Shown: positions 60,790-64,000 of the stretch, in pieces
Numbering within the stretch: position 1 is the stretch's first letter
Layout of the letters: every line of letters begins with the position of its first letter
DNA from: a bacterium
GTDB lineage: Bacteria > RBG-13-61-14 > DATKZS01
Length of the DNA stretch: 64,000 nucleotides
NCBI GenBank assembly: GCA_963674965.2
Contig: CAXXFL010000001.1
Location: forward strand, 768,001-832,000
Reading direction: 5' to 3'
Notes under the pieces: model-generated
What the model was told of the DNA's origin: nothing
The model's database searches: none
Seen by the model: the letters and a program-made list of their open reading frames with translations, nothing else
Made by a program: the position numbers and the translations under genes

Positions 60790-61376
60790 TCAGGCCCCGT
60801 CCATTCCTACTGATTTGATCAACAAGTCTATGGATTCCATGTATTCCTCGAGAGTAAGGTAGTCGTATTCCAAAGAAAGGTTGACGGCCATGCCCACCAC
60901 CAGGCCGACCAGCACCCGGCCGATGCCTTTGACCGGCAGGTGCTCGGGGACCCTTCCCTCCTCCTTGGCCCGCTCGAGGAGCCGGGCGATCAGTTCCATG
61001 ATGGCCTTATCGTAAATCTGGAGCTCGGCCCGCATGTCCGCGTCCCGGGTCATGATGGGTATGAGCATGCACTTGACCAGATGGGGGTACTGGGCGTTGA
61101 TGAAATGATAGTGCAGCTCGACCACCTTGCGTACTCCCTGGTAGGGGTCGTCGTAAAGCTCCATGGTCCTCTCGACCAGGTTGATGGCCAGGCGGCGCGC
61201 CTCCCGGAGAATCTCGATAAAAAGTTCCTTCTTTCCGCTGAAGTGGAGGTATATGGTCGCCTCGCTCACTCCCGCGGCCCTGGCGATCCTGGCGGTGGTC
61301 GCTCCTCGTAACCCTCCTGGGCGAACACGTGGGCGGCCACCTCGAGTATCTGATTTTTCCTGTCCTCGCCGCTCAT
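60790..61376 (-). pseudogene. TetR regulator with a 1-bp frameshift in the HTH (or sequencing error)
   Basis: One frame gives MSGEDRKNQILEVAAHVFAQEGYE; adding one base at ~61305 continues GATTARIARAAGVSEATIYLHFSGK into ORF 60790..61269. Confidence 0.85.
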
Positions 61377-61452
61377 TCTTTTCGCGGTTTTTTTGATTTT
61401 TTCTGGCAATATAATTCGGTCCTTTGTCTCGTATTGTTCCCGCATTTTATTT

Positions 61453-61493
61453 GTGAGCAATTACTCACTAACATAGGGAAAAAAGAATGTCAA
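61453..61493 (-). promoter_or_regulatory. Candidate TetR operator and -35 box
   Basis: GTGAGCAATTACTCAC (61453-61468; 14/16 palindrome); TTGACA on the minus strand at 61488-61493. Confidence 0.6.
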
Positions 61494-62448
61494 GCCAAAA
61501 ATTTGTGATATCGGTCCGTTCATTGCTTATGTCGGCGGTATAACCGATCATTCCAATGGAGCCTCCTCCACCTGGAAAGGCCATATAGCCGCGCTGGTAA
61601 TTCGCGTCCAAGTAGGCTTTTGCTCTAAGGTCCTCCACGCCGCACGCCTCATTCGACTCTTCCGCGCTATAACAACCGCTGTCGGCTATGTCCAGGAAAT
61701 TTATATCATGGAGTTTATAATACCAATTTTGCATTTGTATTCGATCGTTTTCGCTGATGCCATAGGCATAGGGCATGAGCGTGATATCCCTGTCCAGGTA
61801 TTCCAGTCCATGCCAAAGATAACCGTAAGCCGACATAACTGCATTATATTGGCCCCAGTGCCATGGGTTAAGCATGTTGTCGTCATGAAGCACGACTACT
61901 TCCGACGTCGCGTTTCTTTTTATCAGGCTCGCCTTTTTATTTACGTAATTTATCCAGGCCTGGTAATTTGACAAACCTCTTCGTCTTCCTCTTCCATCCC
62001 TGTTGCCGTGAGTATGTTCTTCATCAATCATTATTACATAATCTGGCTCAAAGACGTCCATTGTCGGCTTTATCAATACGTTCTCGAACTCATCGAAAAA
62101 CGTGGGGTCGCTCCATGAAGTTTTACCCTTTAAGTCGTACTCGACAAGGGTCCTTAAGTAATAGTTATAGGATAGGATGAGGGTGCTTCCAGCCTGAATA
62201 TCTCCACCCGGCAGCCGCCTTATGCGGAGGTCGGCCGGGTACTTTTCCGGCTCGGGATCGTATGAATAATCCACTCCCCGACGATAGATCGTGTTTCCAT
62301 TTAGAGATTTAACAATTAGTTTTGACGTTGGGTCATCCGTCTCGATAATGCCCTGGAGTTCGAAACCGCCGTCTTCCCGGCGAAGGAAAGCCGGAGCATA
62401 GAAGCCGAAACCGTCGATTTCAAGGGACAAGCCGTCTGGCGCCTCCAC
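61468..62448 (-). pseudogene. N-truncated fragment resembling a GH20-like glycoside hydrolase
   Basis: Lower GC; no RBS and an in-frame stop just upstream of the GTG; motifs YRRGVDY, IRRLPGG, IMIDEE..NRD, DNMLNPWH, NWYY; adjacent to the IS. Confidence 0.5.
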
Positions 62449-62537
62449 GCTTTTAATGATCAGCGTAATTTTCTATTAATTATCGGTCTTTTTTAAAGAT
62501 CGATAGTAATCTGATTTTATTAATAATATAATATCTT

Positions 62538-63971
62538 CTGAACTTTAGAACTTTTCGTCATGGTTTGCACCTATAACCATCAAGCAGCCTCCTTGAGGGG
62601 CGCAATTTCGTCGGGTTTGGGGTCGGAATGGAAACCGGGAGAAATTCGCAAAGCCTTGTAGAAAGCGCGTCGGAGCCTGCCCACCGCCGGCGGCCCGGCG
62701 GGGATCCACCACGGCTCGGCCTCGATCTTTTCCGCGTCCGGGACGCTCAGCGCGAGCATGCCCAACAGGCTGTATGCGACCAGGCACAGGTTGGCGTGCC
62801 GCTTGATCGCGGTGAAGGACCTCTGACGGTAGTCGCCGAACCCGCCGGTGGTCTTCACTTCGCGGAACAACTCCTCGATCTTCCAGCGACCCGAATAAAT
62901 CTCCAGGCCCCGGGCCGGGTCCATTTCGACGTCGGTGGTGAAGAACACGTTCATCTTTTTACCGGAGCGTTGCGGAAAGATGATCACAAGGATGGGCCTG
63001 TCTCCGAGGGTGACGCTGGGGATCATGACCGACACGAAGGCCTCGACGGTCACGGTCTTGCCGTAAATACTGGCCTTGATCTTTTCGCGCTTCGATCTTT
63101 TCAACCACAGTTGTTGGGGGCTGAACTTCTTGCCGCGCTTGGGCGGCCTTCCCGGACCATTCTTCCTTTTGGGCAATTCGTAAAGGGCGGCGTTGGAGCG
63201 GAGGCGGCTGATCAGGACCACCTCTTTGCCGTCGAACTCGAGACCGGCCAGCTTGGCCTCGGCGTAGAGGTTGTCCACCACCAGGACCAGTCTTCGAGCG
63301 GGCCAGGAGAGTCTCTTTATCATCATGGCGGCCAACTCGATCTTGGTTTTGAACTCCCATCCCTTCTCGCAAGCCTTTTGCGGCACGAACAAGAGCGCCG
63401 AGAGCGGGAAGGCGAACCACTTGCCCCCGCGCTCCCAAAGCAGCGCCATCGCCACCCAGCAGTGTCCGAGCACGCGTCGCTTTTGATGGCCGGGGTTCTT
63501 GTCCGTCGGGTCCGGGTAGTAGCCAAGTCCGAAGAACTTCTTGCCCCATTTCTTGACCAGGGCGTCGTCGATGGCGACGACGATCTCGTCCATGATTTCG
63601 AGGCGTTCGGACAAAAGGTCGAGCAGGGTCTGGGATACTTGCTTGCACGACCACCGGCCCTTGCGAAGGAATGCGTAAGGCGTGGTCCAGTGCATGATGG
63701 CGTGGACCTGGGTGAGGCGCATGACCTCGGTGACGCGGTGCTGGAGACCGAACAGCGCCGCGTGGGCAATGATGAAGGTCTGGAAGTGCTCGAAACCCGG
63801 CCCGGTGAAACAGTTGACAAACACGAGCAAGAGCGGCAACATAAAAGCCTGAGCGTTCATCGGCATTCACTCCCGCGTAATGACCAAGCCACACACTTAT
63901 CATTATACGGGAAAAACTGATGAACGCTATTTTTGTTTGGCTGAACATGGTCAAAAAGTTCTAAAGTTCAG
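62538..63971 (-). mobile_element. Insertion sequence, IS701-like (DDE)
   Basis: 18-bp perfect terminal inverted repeats CTGAACTTTAGAACTTTT (62538-62555; 63954-63971) around one transposase ORF; no target duplication seen. Confidence 0.92.
62580..63866 (-). CDS. DDE transposase (IS701/IS4-superfamily type)
   Basis: VVAIDD, VVDNLYA, SRLRSN, YSGRWKIEELFREVK. Confidence 0.93.
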   Translation of the reverse strand: MPMNAQAFMLPLLLVFVNCFTGPGFEHFQTFIIAHAALFGLQHRVTEVMRLTQVHAIMHWTTPYAFLRKGRWSCKQVSQTLLDLLSERLEIMDEIVVAIDDALVKKWGKKFFGLGYYPDPTDKNPGHQKRRVLGHCWVAMALLWERGGKWFAFPLSALLFVPQKACEKGWEFKTKIELAAMMIKRLSWPARRLVLVVDNLYAEAKLAGLEFDGKEVVLISRLRSNAALYELPKRKNGPGRPPKRGKKFSPQQLWLKRSKREKIKASIYGKTVTVEAFVSVMIPSVTLGDRPILVIIFPQRSGKKMNVFFTTDVEMDPARGLEIYSGRWKIEELFREVKTTGGFGDYRQRSFTAIKRHANLCLVAYSLLGMLALSVPDAEKIEAEPWWIPAGPPAVGRLRRAFYKALRISPGFHSDPKPDEIAPLKEAA

Positions 63972-64000
63972 CAATGATAACAGATGGATGAATTGTCTAC

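Noticed and set aside
62628-63954. 430-aa antisense and 331-aa alternate-frame ORFs in the IS
   Set aside because: Shadows of the transposase, which alone has the DDE motifs.

Overview
A ~60% GC bacterial chromosomal segment. Gene content and style suggest an anaerobic Desulfobacterota/delta-proteobacterial-type organism (inference). All family assignments come from motif recognition, not database searches. Left to right: a truncated LOG-family gene; a TetR operon with two Tat-signal proteins (DUF362, flavodoxin-like); a ~13 kb minus-strand MoxR/DUF58/DUF4350/DUF4129/SpoIIM/RDD operon headed by four tandem GYF_2-Zn finger-RDD paralogs and two B-box proteins; tpx; nikR plus an MFS transporter; a Ser/Thr kinase-WD40 gene; a compact operon of cysteine desulfurase, two small proteins and two V4R-like proteins; an IolD-like ThDP enzyme/FAH operon; a multi-PAS hybrid kinase; a molybdopterin oxidoreductase; the housekeeping tRNA-Leu-tig-clpP-clpX-lon block; two convergent TetR-associated catabolic units; and an IS701-like element beside a low-GC gene fragment. 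Best candidates for undescribed biology: (1) the desulfurase/V4R operon; (2) a 2[4Fe-4S] ferredoxin split by an inserted GltD-like NAD(P)H oxidoreductase, paired with an AprA/AsfA-like flavoprotein; (3) a pair of ThDP-enzyme paralogs with complementary degeneration, a likely obligate heteromer; (4) the GYF_2-RDD array with a possible in-operon PPPG ligand. CTCGAG also looks strongly over-represented in native DNA.
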